From the NCBI RefSeq assembly GCF_000315625.1, contig NW_005434560.1:57978-96034 (forward strand): a stretch of 38,057 nt of DNA. Reading direction: 5' to 3'. The notes under the pieces were generated by a model, which searched no databases, had not been told where the DNA came from, and was given only the letters and a program-made list of their open reading frames with translations. Both the position numbers and the translations under genes were made by a program. The DNA is from Guillardia theta CCMP2712. Lineage: Eukaryota > Protista > Cryptophyta. Shown one piece after another: positions 17,545 through 27,408 of the stretch; positions within the stretch are counted from its first letter, which is position 1, and each line of letters starts with the position of its first letter.

Positions 17545-20186
17545 AGGGTGTTTTCGTAGGCCACCGCCCGCTTGAGGATCATGAGGTTCTCAAAGCTGCC
17601 GATCCGGGAGTTTGAAACCTTGTCAATCCAGTTGGTTTCCATGGAATACGCCCCCGCGCCCACGATGATCCCGTCGATGTTCGTGTGTGTGTTGATGCAC
17701 TCCTCGCAGTACGCCTTCCGCGGTGGGGAGCAGGGAATGGGGAACGTTACCCCGCTGCAGGTCGGTGCGTCCCCGCAGGGCTCCGTGCAGACTTGTTCGA
17801 GAGATATGCCGGTGTAACCCTGCTGGCAGGTGACCTGGCAGGACAGCCTCTCCGTGGCTTTGTAGATGACGGCATTGGGAGAGACGACAGGGAAGCATGT
17901 CTGGCAGTGCTGCTGGGGGGTGCAGGCCGCCTGGGTCCCTGCGGATGTGTCGCTGCACTGGCACGATGCCACGTACTCCCCGGCAAGGCAGGTGGAGGCC
18001 AGCGAGTAGCAGTCGAAGCAGCTCCCGTACCTTGGAGTCGGGTTGCCCTCCCCGCGGCTGAACCCCTGGCAGTCGTACCTCCCGAAGAGGGCGTACTGCG
18101 GGTCGTTGGACAGCTCCGTGCGGAATGCAGTGTTGCACACCTCGAAGGGGAGGGCTGCGCACGACAGGTAGCTGAAGCCCGGCACATCCGACTGGTTCAC
18201 GAAGAGCAAGCCCTGCCCCACATCCTGTTTCGTGGTGCTATCGAAGCCCAAGGCAACGCAATATTTGCACTCGTCCGTGACAGTGTGGGTGGGGCTCTGC
18301 TTCAAGACAGCGCAAACAGGTGAACCGCAGTCCACACAGGTGCTGGTAGGCTCCCGGTCCGGGCACACCTTGTCCCCGCTGTATTTGGTATACGGGGTGA
18401 CGGAGTTCCAGTACTCGCAGAAGCCACCGCAGGACTGTACACAGTGGACGCTGTCGATGGAGTGGTTCGTCGCTCCGTCGCAGTAGTGGCAGGAAGACTC
18501 ACCGTAGCCGGAATACTGGTCAAAGGGACAGGGCTTGCAGTAGTCAATCTCCGGGGCACCGTCCTGGTACGTGCCGGGTTCACACGGGACACAGACATAC
18601 ACGACGTTGGTGCCCTGGTCCGGGAGGAGCTGTAGCTTCGTCCCACGTGGACAGTCTTTGCACGCCGTTTGCTGTTGGTTGGGCTCTTGTCCGAGGGGGC
18701 AGAACTTACACCCGATGTCGTAGTCCGTGGAGTACGTGTGGGAGGGGCAGCGGGCACACATGTAATACGCGGTCAGCAACTCCCCTTGATACGTCAGGCA
18801 GTTCGTCTCCTCTTCCGTCAATGCGTCCTTGCTCTGGTACTTCACGTAGTACCCCGCACGGCAGGCGCACTGTGCAAAGGCGTACCCGCCCGACACGATC
18901 GTGGTCATGATGATGCGGTTCACAGTACAGTAGCGTTCGAAGGGGGACATACAATACTCGTGTTCGATCCAGGTCATCGTGGGGGTCATGCCATCCGATT
19001 GATACTGCTGCGAGAGCATGGAGGCAGTCTTGGGTGCACATACCGTATCAAAGACGTGGTATGCAGTGGAGTAGATATAACCCCCGTCATTGGCTATTCT
19101 GCAGGAGCTTCCTTGCTGGCAGACCTGTGATGTGCCACAATTGGGGACATACTGGTTGTAAACGCCCATAGAGAGGCATGTCTCCGGGCATGGTACACAT
19201 GTGCCCACACTGAATGCACGTGAAGTGTCGGCGCCATCTACCCCACAGCCTATCTTCACCTCATTCGGATTTGCACAGGCGCAGTCGATGCATTCGATGT
19301 CGGACAAACCTCTCGAACAAACGTAGTCTGGATTTCTGTATTGTCCTTCTGGACAGTACTTGTTCGTGGCAGTCGTACAGGATGTACAGGTCCCAGGGTT
19401 AAAACCACCACAGTCTTTCAACCATTCCGTAGCAGAACATTTTTGTGCTCGATTGATGCACCAATCGCAGGTCCCTGGCCCGTTTATGCCGCTACATCCG
19501 GTGGTATACTGGTTTCCATATCCCTCCTGGTAGCCATTGCATGATGTGCAAGCAGTACATGTCCCGGAGCTGGTTCCCGTGCATCCCGATCTGTATTCGA
19601 CAACCAGCCCACTCACAGTATCACATACAGGGCAATCATTACACACACGGTTCTGCGTTACTCCACCCTCTTGGCAGTCTCTGAATTGGTATTTCCCTGT
19701 CTCACATGCTCCTCGACAATCGGTACACACGCGGTTCTGAGTTACTGCGCCCTCTTGGCAGTCTTTGCTTTGATATGTATCTGCACCACATCCACTCCGA
19801 CAAGTAGTACATTGACGGTTAGTACTAGCTCCATTAGCTCTACAGGCAGTTGTTTCATATTCATTTGAACTACATTGATAACAAGCAGCGCACGTAGTTT
19901 GGTAAATACTAATACAAATCCCTGTTTGATAGTTGTCGCCAGTACAGGTAGTACATGCCCCGCACGCGTTCTGTCCTGAGATTCTATAGTAATTAGCAGC
20001 GCATCCACATAATTCCCACAAACCTGATCTACTGATTGATACCACCCCGGTACCTGTACAGCAGCTAGTGAGACAAAAGGTGATTTCCCATTGGTCGACG
20101 TTTACAGCGCCACAATACTGAATGCAAGACCACAACACTGAAAGCGACAATAGCGCTGTACATCTCATATTTTTCATATTCAACAT
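17424..20186 (-). CDS. N-terminal half of giant Cys-rich surface protein (signal peptide, TNFR-like and GCC/ephrin-receptor-like repeats)
   Basis: Signal peptide MRCTALLSLSVLWSCIQYCGA, tandem CQEGxVTQNRVCxDC repeats, CxPCxPGTY repeats. Last ~35 aa look out of frame. Confidence 0.85.
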   Translation of the reverse strand: MLNMKNMRCTALLSLSVLWSCIQYCGAVNVDQWEITFCLTSCCTGTGVVSISRSGLWELCGCAANYYRISGQNACGACTTCTGDNYQTGICISIYQTTCAACYQCSSNEYETTACRANGASTNRQCTTCRSGCGADTYQSKDCQEGAVTQNRVCTDCRGACETGKYQFRDCQEGGVTQNRVCNDCPVCDTVSGLVVEYRSGCTGTSSGTCTACTSCNGYQEGYGNQYTTGCSGINGPGTCDWCINRAQKCSATEWLKDCGGFNPGTCTSCTTATNKYCPEGQYRNPDYVCSRGLSDIECIDCACANPNEVKIGCGVDGADTSRAFSVGTCVPCPETCLSMGVYNQYVPNCGTSQVCQQGSSCRIANDGGYIYSTAYHVFDTVCAPKTASMLSQQYQSDGMTPTMTWIEHEYCMSPFERYCTVNRIIMTTIVSGGYAFAQCACRAGYYVKYQSKDALTEEETNCLTYQGELLTAYYMCARCPSHTYSTDYDIGCKFCPLGQEPNQQQTACKDCPRGTKLQLLPDQGTNVVYVCVPCEPGTYQDGAPEIDYCKPCPFDQYSGYGESSCHYCDGATNHSIDSVHCVQSCGGFCEYWNSVTPYTKYSGDKVCPDREPTSTCVDCGSPVCAVLKQSPTHTVTDECKYCVALGFDSTTKQDVGQGLLFVNQSDVPGFSYLSCAALPFEVCNTAFRTELSNDPQYALFGRYDCQGFSRGEGNPTPRYGSCFDCYSLASTCLAGEYVASCQCSDTSAGTQAACTPQQHCQTCFPVVSPNAVIYKATERLSCQVTCQQGYTGISLEQVCTEPCGDAPTCSGVTFPIPCSPPRKAYCEECINTHTNIDGIIVGAGAYSMETNWIDKVSNSRIGSFENLMILKRAVAYENTLCVRGTKLSGRSTGSGVPLTTRSQIRRCSSSPPAATGTGT

Positions 20187-20189
20187 ACT

Positions 20190-21388
20190 CTACAAATCTT
20201 TAATAACAAACCTAGAAACAAACCAAGCGAACACACAGACCACCACGAAGCTCGCATCCCCCTCGAACGGGAAGAGGAACGACCTCCGAAACCCGACGTA
20301 GTGGGTCAAGGCCACGACGGTGGCATCAAAGAGGAGCAGCAGGGTCTCGCACGCCAGTTCGTCGCTCCGGACATCCTTCCCCTCCGCCCATCTCCCGACC
20401 TGGAGCTCCAGGAGTTTATAGAAGCTTCTTAGGGTGAGCATGACGAGGAGGATCCCGACGTATGGATTCGCGAGGGTCTTGTACACGCTCTGGGTGAGCA
20501 AGAGAAGTATCCCTGTGTTCAGGTTGAAGGTGAGGAAGTGGGCGACGCGGTGCCTTACGTCTGTGGTCAGGACCTTGTAGCTGAGTACAGCGAAGTGTAT
20601 GGCGATGTAGACGATCATGACGACGGCGTATGCGATCTCCTCGTTGAGGACGAGCTCGCTTCCAGCGAGGGTGTACCCCACGGAGAGTCCCACGGTGGTA
20701 GCAACCCCTCCGACCTCCACGGCGCGGGCGGTCCAGCGGAGGTACGATTCCGGGTGTACCGGGGTGGTTGTCTTCTGTTGGTCCTGGAATAACAGATGGG
20801 AGAGGTTCTGGGCGGTGCAGCTGACGAGGTAGATGCTGGTGAGGCTGATGACGACGTAGAGCCAGGTCGGGGTGGCCATCCTGCGGTGGTAGGTGCGCTC
20901 CCCATCCCAGAGCACATCCAGCCTCTCCCCGATCGCGTCGCAGACGGAGACGTCGTAGACCCCCGCTGGGTTGACAATGATCCTTCCCGTCCCCGCCGAG
21001 CTACATCCTACCTCCGCAATCGGGTAGATCTCGGGAGACACGCCTGACACGTTCCCCGAGATGAAGGTCGAGCCGATCGGGAAGAAGCGGCTTCCCCGTC
21101 AGTGGTGCACAGGGATGACGGGCCCGGGCGGCACGGGATTGCCTCCCACCCCTCCGTCCGGATCCCGTCGGCTCGGATGAACAGGATTCCCCTCTCGTTG
21201 ATCCGGACGCCGCGGCTGGAGCGGAGGAGCTGGTGTGTGTCCCCGCCTGTCCACCGGATCAACCTCTGTCCCTCCGCCGTCACTGCCGTCGGCATACCCT
21301 GGTCGGAGAGGCTCAAGAAGTACGCGGCTGCTGCCTGGAATGTTCCCAGAAGGGTGAGCGTGGGAAGCATGATGGGACGGTATCCCAT
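20190..21388 (-). CDS. Signal-peptide + multi-pass membrane protein, split by a frameshift near 21094-21097
   Basis: ORF 21388->21008 has a signal peptide. The -1 frame is open from 21098 to 20190 with ~7 TM segments. TATTTAG at 21437-21443. Confidence 0.7.
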
Positions 21389-21534
21389 GTCCCGTCTCAC
21401 CGTCCTCCGAATCAAAATAGCCGGGCTGCACCCTTGCTAAATACGTCGCGGAAAGGTACCGCAATGCGTACCTCCAGTGCACCATCCTACTTGGGTCCGG
21501 TCGGTAGCCCCGCCCGTCTTATACACCATCGGGC

Positions 21535-22200
21535 TCAAAAAAGAAGATCTTGCGCCTCGGGCATCATTCTTTGCACGCAGGTCATTGTCCTCCAGAGGAT
21601 GCGCTTCGTGTTGTTGAGGCGGGGTCCCATGTCAGCATCGCGGACCTTATCGGTGATCTCTGAGATGCACTCCTTTAGTTTGTCGAACATGGTTCGATCA
21701 CCTATGCTGGTTTTGTAGGCCGTGTGTGTGGACTGATACTTGGAGTGTACTTCATTGAAGACATCATCCAGATCCTTGCAAGTCTGGAGCAGCTGGCCAA
21801 ACTGGTCAAAGACCTCGTTGATCTGCGCCGTGCCATCGTCATTGTCAACATTGGTGATCCCATCAAAGAAGCTCATCATGATGGGGGCGCAGTTCTGCAT
21901 GTGAATATCCACGATCTTCATGCAGTCTACCCGGACCTCCAGAGAGTTACGGAAGTTATCACTGTCAATGAGTGTGTAACGCATTGGGAATATCTTTTCC
22001 AGCTGCAGGACATTCAATAGTGTCTGGAAGAAACAGATGATATATTCTAGCTTCTTCTTCCTGGTGGACACAGTAGAACTGTACAACAGCTTGATGACAG
22101 CTTGATTAAGCTCTTCAATGTTGGATTCAAGCGCATGGAGCTTTTCTAAATCTTCTTTGGGTATCCCTGTCTCATCCTTGATCTTGAGCCACTTGCCCAT
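21535..22200 (-). CDS. Hypothetical helical protein (221 aa)
   Basis: ATG 22200 with TATTTAA box at 22232-22238; the track extension upstream runs through the T-rich promoter. Confidence 0.8.
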   Translation of the reverse strand: MGKWLKIKDETGIPKEDLEKLHALESNIEELNQAVIKLLYSSTVSTRKKKLEYIICFFQTLLNVLQLEKIFPMRYTLIDSDNFRNSLEVRVDCMKIVDIHMQNCAPIMMSFFDGITNVDNDDGTAQINEVFDQFGQLLQTCKDLDDVFNEVHSKYQSTHTAYKTSIGDRTMFDKLKECISEITDKVRDADMGPRLNNTKRILWRTMTCVQRMMPEAQDLLF

Positions 22201-22371
22201 AATCCTTGCCCTTCTCAACAATACCATCATGTTAAATACACACCATTGTGCAGTGACGATACGGAGAAGATGGTGCGTCGTGATTTTTTGTTTCTTCTCT
22301 TTTTTCTTTCTTTTTTTTGGGTCCAGTGGGGACGGGCGTCGCTTGGCACAGTCCAATGCAAAAAAAATCGA

Positions 22372-23694
22372 ATGACGATCAACTCGGAGTGGATCAAGCT
22401 GTGGAAGGAGGTGGCGAGGGACGCCTTCAGCAAGGGGCTGCCCTTCTCACCCACCGTGGCCTTCATCGACGGGCAGATCAAGCTGATGAAGCCATCCAGC
22501 ATCAACACGTGGGAGGGCTTCCTCTCCTGCCAGTTCGTGAGCTGCGTGAGGAGGCACTTCCAGTCCGGTTGCAAGACCGTGGTCCTGGCCTTCGACAACT
22601 ATGAGCACGTCCCGACTTGCAAGGGCATGACGCAGCACAAGCGCAACCGCAAGGTGTCGAGCTTCAGCTTCGCCAGCGGGGACTGCCTCCCCCCCATCAT
22701 CCCGGAGGACTGGGAGGGAGCGATCCGGAATCGGCTCTTCAAGTCCCGGGTCATTGACTACATCAAGACGAAGCTCCCGGGGTACTTGACCCTCCAAGCA
22801 GACCAGAGGCTCATCATAGACCACAACGAAGCCCCTATCGAACACTTCCCCAACGGGACCTGCCGCCCCTTCCAGCTCACCCACGCGGACCTGAAGGGAG
22901 AGAGCGATGTGAAGTTCACCTCCTACACGCACCTTGGGGACATGGTTATCGACGCCATCGACGGCGACTACGTACCCATGGCCCTCGTTCACGTCGAGCG
23001 GCTGTGCCGGGGTGGGCTACCGGTGCCCCAGATCGCGGTGTACCGCATCCGGGTGAATGCGAGGGGAGACACTCCCGAGAAGTCAGCCTCGGGCAGGATG
23101 GAGCACGAGTACGTCCACATCAACCGGCTGGCGCAGGTCCTCTGCCGCGACGTCGGGCCGCTGACGGGGGGGAGGCCGAACGCGTGCTCCGTGCTGGCGC
23201 TCTTCACCATCCTCACCGGCTGCGACTACACGCAGGGCCTGCCCACCGTGGGGCCCGTCCGGGTGTGGGCCAACCGCCGCGCCATCGTCCCGCTCCTTGC
23301 CCTGATCCAGGGCACCGAGGACAGCCACGACGACGACGTCTCCGTCATCTCCCTGGCCTCCGCCGTCCTGTATGCACTGGTTTACGAGAAGCGCGTCAGC
23401 CTGAGGGTCAACCAGTCCGCCACCCGTGAGGGGGTGGCCAGGGAGCTGCGCCGCGAGGAGGAGGAGCGCATCATCCGCGGGGTCAGGGGCTGCGGGCAGA
23501 TGAGCGCCGGGACCGTGGCGAAGCTCCCGGACGTCAACTACCTCAGGAGCCACGCGAGCAACGCCCTCTGGACACTCCACTACTGGAACGCCCAGGACCA
23601 CCACCCGGACCCGTACTCCAAGACCTTCGGGTACAAGCGGATCAAATCCGGCGCGGCGGGATGGGGCGTCAACCGTCCTAGACTGGAGAGGTGA
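22372..23694 (+). CDS. XPG/FEN1 (PIN-like) 5-prime nuclease (440 aa)
   Basis: Acidic motif series AFIDG, VVLAFD, KxxTQxKR, GESD, DGD, LTGCDY and H3TH-like LPTVGP. A-rich leader before ATG 22372. Confidence 0.85.
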   Translation: MTINSEWIKLWKEVARDAFSKGLPFSPTVAFIDGQIKLMKPSSINTWEGFLSCQFVSCVRRHFQSGCKTVVLAFDNYEHVPTCKGMTQHKRNRKVSSFSFASGDCLPPIIPEDWEGAIRNRLFKSRVIDYIKTKLPGYLTLQADQRLIIDHNEAPIEHFPNGTCRPFQLTHADLKGESDVKFTSYTHLGDMVIDAIDGDYVPMALVHVERLCRGGLPVPQIAVYRIRVNARGDTPEKSASGRMEHEYVHINRLAQVLCRDVGPLTGGRPNACSVLALFTILTGCDYTQGLPTVGPVRVWANRRAIVPLLALIQGTEDSHDDDVSVISLASAVLYALVYEKRVSLRVNQSATREGVARELRREEEERIIRGVRGCGQMSAGTVAKLPDVNYLRSHASNALWTLHYWNAQDHHPDPYSKTFGYKRIKSGAAGWGVNRPRLER

Positions 23695-23825
23695 GGTAGG
23701 TACATCAAGGGATGCCATGCTGCCTTGATTCTCCATTAAAGATCCCTTCCGTAACCCACTCGTCCTAGCTTCATTGATGCGTAGTATTAAAGAAGACATT
23801 GCGGGGCGCGAGAAACGGGGCACGC

Positions 23826-25463
23826 ATGGTGGTGGTGAAGAAGCCCACCTATCCCGGGACGCCCGCTTTCGACGCACCCTATTCACCTTACAATACCTCG
23901 AACAAGGCCGATGAAGACGACAAGAACGCGATCGTCCACGTGTTTGCGATAAACCACAGCTGGAAGATCGTGAATGGGTACATCGCCGCGCTCCTATTCG
24001 CTGCCACCGTCGCCCTCGCCATCACCTCTCTTATTTTGGACTTTAAGACCCGCGAGTTCCCGACCAGCATCGTCACGCACACCCTGCGCCCCTGGAACGA
24101 GTACGGGGGGCTGGAGGATGCACTCAAGGCCATCACCACCGGCTCCACCTCCTCGTCGCGAGTGCAGGCCCTGTGGCACTGGGCCAAGTGCGACCAGTAC
24201 ATCACCGACAAGCACGTCCCGCACCAGCACGACCCTTACACCCTGGCGGGTGTCTCGGTCAACAACTCCGTGTGGGTCCCGGGTGGCTGCAACTGCATCG
24301 CGCAGGTGGCCCACGCCCTGGGCAACACCTGGGTGTCGACGCAGACCACATCGCCGACCCTATCTGAGGTGAAGGACATGATCCACTTCTGCGCCTACGA
24401 GGGCGACATGCCATACCAGTACGACGTTGTGAAGACGGCGTACCGACCCCTCTACTATTTCTACTATTTCATGTTCGTCGCCACCTCAGCCATCGTCATG
24501 GCCAACTTCCTGCACAGCAGCAACTCGGAGACGATCAAGACAATGATTAAAAATAACGTTGATCCCAAGACAGCCCTTGACGAATCCAAGTCCTTGCTCC
24601 GGAAACTCGTCTTATACTTCGTCCTCACCTTTATCGTGGTGATCGTCTTCACGGGCCTCTTCCTGGGCATCAAGAACTCCTGCGACCAGGACATCTGCAA
24701 CTTCGACCCGGTGACCACGCTGTCCCTGATGTCTGTGTTCCTGGTCATCCTGTTTGTCCTCGTCATTCCGTACTTCTACCAGAGCAGCAAGACCCACATC
24801 GTCGATGCCCTGCGGATGATGGTGAACGGCGAGCATGACAGTTACACCATTGCGTACAGGGATGCCAATGACGCCACGGTCTACAAGGTCTCGGACTCGC
24901 TGAACTCGCAGGCGCAGCTCGAGCAGCTCTGGCTGGACGTGATGCTGGTCCCGGCGATGGTCGCGCTCTCGATCGGGACGGTGCTGACGCGCCAGTGGAC
25001 CGACAACGGCATCCTGTACTACTACGCCGTGCTCGTCGGTTTCTTCACTGTCGTGAGCATGTCGAACGATTGGATGACGTCGTTCTGGACGCGGTCCTTG
25101 AGGCTCTCTGGCGACCTGGGCATGAAGGGATCCGCCGTGTACGACCACTACCAGGGGTACAAGGACATGGTGACGTACGTGCAGCTCTTCATCCTCGTCG
25201 CGCTCATCTTCACGGCAGTGCCCACGGAGAGCATCACGGCCTACAGCTACATCCTCTTCTACAACTGGCTGTACTTTGTGTTCGGGCTGTTTGCCGTGTA
25301 CATGCTCCCCGATTTCATCAATGACAGGGCAGCGCTCAACATCCACACGGTCACGGCGATGAAGCAGACGGCTGTGCTCCTGCTCGTCTTCACCCTCGTG
25401 ATCACCCTAAGTGTGACGGAGTGGGTCAAGAAGGACATCTTTGCGTACCAGGGGTTGGTGTAG
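23826..25463 (+). CDS. Multi-pass membrane protein (~9-10 TM) with Cys-containing loop (545 aa)
   Basis: Repeated hydrophobic helices; loop with C..CNC..C; TATTAAA 23785-23791. Confidence 0.85.
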   Translation: MVVVKKPTYPGTPAFDAPYSPYNTSNKADEDDKNAIVHVFAINHSWKIVNGYIAALLFAATVALAITSLILDFKTREFPTSIVTHTLRPWNEYGGLEDALKAITTGSTSSSRVQALWHWAKCDQYITDKHVPHQHDPYTLAGVSVNNSVWVPGGCNCIAQVAHALGNTWVSTQTTSPTLSEVKDMIHFCAYEGDMPYQYDVVKTAYRPLYYFYYFMFVATSAIVMANFLHSSNSETIKTMIKNNVDPKTALDESKSLLRKLVLYFVLTFIVVIVFTGLFLGIKNSCDQDICNFDPVTTLSLMSVFLVILFVLVIPYFYQSSKTHIVDALRMMVNGEHDSYTIAYRDANDATVYKVSDSLNSQAQLEQLWLDVMLVPAMVALSIGTVLTRQWTDNGILYYYAVLVGFFTVVSMSNDWMTSFWTRSLRLSGDLGMKGSAVYDHYQGYKDMVTYVQLFILVALIFTAVPTESITAYSYILFYNWLYFVFGLFAVYMLPDFINDRAALNIHTVTAMKQTAVLLLVFTLVITLSVTEWVKKDIFAYQGLV

Positions 25464-25576
25464 AATGCGAAAGTTTGTTTAATGAATGTAAGAGAAAGAT
25501 GGAATTCCGCAACACCCGATCGTACCATTTAAGGACTTGCCTCGCCCCCCTGCGCAGAAGTGCCCGCCCGACCGCC

Positions 25577-26548
25577 ATGGCCCTGCTGGCACCGCAACCT
25601 GGGTACTTCTATCAACCGTTCCATGAACGCTACCGCTGTCATTCTACCCTTCCTACCCTTGACTCCCATCTCGAGCTCATGAGCTCTATCTCGTCCAACC
25701 CGGAGGTCCTCGACCTCATCGACGACCACCTGCAGGGGCAGCTTTGGGAGGACGTCAAGGAGTTCATCTCCGCAAATCCCGACATCCTGGATAGGTTGGA
25801 TAGGCATACGCTGGCGGGATTGGTGGATTGGTTAAAGAAGAAAGGGAAGGCAGCTTACGATTATGCAAAGGATAAGGCGACGAAAGCCGCCGATTATATA
25901 AGGGAAAAACTTAAGAAGAAGACGAAGGAAGGAGATGAAACTTCCGAGGAAGAATCGGAGGAAAACCAGCCTGCTGCAGCCACTGCAAGCAATCACTTCG
26001 GTGCCTCCATCCGTGGCTGCAGGACCGTCTCCCCCGCGGACCTCACCCACCTGAAGCTCACGATCATGCAGGACCCGGATGTCCTCGATGACATGAACGC
26101 CCACCTCCGCGACGGCCTGTGGCAGGCGATGAAGGGCGTCATCGCCGCCGACCCCGCGCTGATCCACCACCTGCCGTGCTTCCAGGGTTTCTGGACGAAT
26201 AAGGATGGAACCGATGGTTGGCTCAAGGGTGCGGGAAAAAAAGTCATGAATGCCGGCAAACATGTGAACAACCTGATCAACAAGGACCCACACGGACTTC
26301 GACACATGAGTACAGAGGAGATTCAAAAACTAACTAAAAAAAGAAAAGATGAGGCTGAAGCTAATCATGCGAAGCATGCCGCCAGACGAGAGGCGGAGAG
26401 GGCTTTTCAAGACTTAGAAAATTCAAAGAAGTACATGCGCAGCCCCTTCCATCCATACCCCTACGACACCATCGGCATCCGCGTCCCGGTCTACGGCGGG
26501 GACGGGAAGCTGAGCTCCTCGATGCTAGACAGATACGCTATGCACTAG
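25577..26548 (+). CDS. Two-module protein with amphipathic basic helices (323 aa)
   Basis: Perfect Kozak ACCGCCATGG, CATTTAA 25526-25532. Internal duplication NPEVLDLIDDHLQGQLWEDVKEFISANPDIL / DPDVLDDMNAHLRDGLWQAMKGVIAADPALI. Confidence 0.85.
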   Translation: MALLAPQPGYFYQPFHERYRCHSTLPTLDSHLELMSSISSNPEVLDLIDDHLQGQLWEDVKEFISANPDILDRLDRHTLAGLVDWLKKKGKAAYDYAKDKATKAADYIREKLKKKTKEGDETSEEESEENQPAAATASNHFGASIRGCRTVSPADLTHLKLTIMQDPDVLDDMNAHLRDGLWQAMKGVIAADPALIHHLPCFQGFWTNKDGTDGWLKGAGKKVMNAGKHVNNLINKDPHGLRHMSTEEIQKLTKKRKDEAEANHAKHAARREAERAFQDLENSKKYMRSPFHPYPYDTIGIRVPVYGGDGKLSSSMLDRYAMH

Positions 26549-26567
26549 ACTTGTTAAATAAGTAAAA

Positions 26568-26867
26568 TTAGTTTTGAACGATCTTATCATACAACCGCGT
26601 CATGGACCTGACAAACTCCATCCGATCGCGGGTGAGGGTGGGGCACTCGCGGAAGAGGTGCTGGACGACGTGCTCGGCGGTCTCGGCCTCGGATAAGAAA
26701 AAGGCGGTGTAGCTAGGCCGGGAGTCGGCAGCAGCGGGGCCGAGGATGCCGTTGATGATGTCGGTGAGGTCGATGAGGTCGGAGGCCTCGGCCTTGCGCT
26801 CCAGCCTGACGCGCTTGGAGTAGGACGGCTTCCCGACCCCACAGGGCGCGCCCGACTTGGAGCGCAT
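26568..26867 (-). CDS. Hypothetical protein (99 aa)
   Basis: ATG 26867; TATTTAG box (26899-26905) contains the stop of the upstream gene; motif DLIDLTD. Confidence 0.7.
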   Translation of the reverse strand: MRSKSGAPCGVGKPSYSKRVRLERKAEASDLIDLTDIINGILGPAAADSRPSYTAFFLSEAETAEHVVQHLFRECPTLTRDRMEFVRSMTRLYDKIVQN

Positions 26868-26898
26868 CACCTGTAGCTCATCGTCACCCGCGCAGATT

Positions 26899-27270
26899 CT
26901 AAATACACCCCTCCCAACGACTCACGGTAAACCGCGTTGCAGTGCGCTTCTTCTCCACGAGGAGCTGCGTGGGGATGCGGAGCTTCAGCCTCCCGTCGGG
27001 AAGGCGCTCGACGTTGCGGAAGCCCTTCGTCAGGCGGACGTGCCGGAACATGGCCTTCTGGATCCTGAGGCTCAGGGTGTAGTAACTCTCCCCCATCCGG
27101 ATCGCCGGGAACTGGTCCTGCAGCCCCCCGCCCGACGGCTGGAACCAGCTGCAGTAGCACTCCCTCCTCACCAGGTGCCGGATCATGTCACGGCAGCACG
27201 GGCTCCGCTCATGCTCCCAGGCCTTGCCCGCCACCACCAGCTGGTTGCGGGTGAGGTCGACCTGCTTCAT
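26899..27270 (-). CDS. Hypothetical basic protein (123 aa)
   Basis: ATG ORF tiling between neighbours. Confidence 0.65.
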   Translation of the reverse strand: MKQVDLTRNQLVVAGKAWEHERSPCCRDMIRHLVRRECYCSWFQPSGGGLQDQFPAIRMGESYYTLSLRIQKAMFRHVRLTKGFRNVERLPDGRLKLRIPTQLLVEKKRTATRFTVSRWEGCI

Positions 27271-27408
27271 TCCCTCCCCTCCCCCTTCGTCCCCTCCCCC
27301 AGCGACCTCCGTGGATTGAGCCTAAAAGGACTTGCTGCACGGTGTCGATGCACCCTGCCGCATATTTAAAGATCATCGCACACGCGTCGGAAAGGGCACG
27401 GTTGTACG

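Noticed and set aside
21099-21485. Stop-codon readthrough from ORF 21099..21485 into 20190..21050
   Set aside because: Same frame, but the upstream part looks non-coding and spans the promoter box; the signal peptide is in the 21388 frame, so a frameshift is the better model.
23826-25463. Heliorhodopsin/rhodopsin assignment
   Set aside because: Too many TM segments and no convincing retinal-binding SxxxK/DxxxK motif in a terminal helix.
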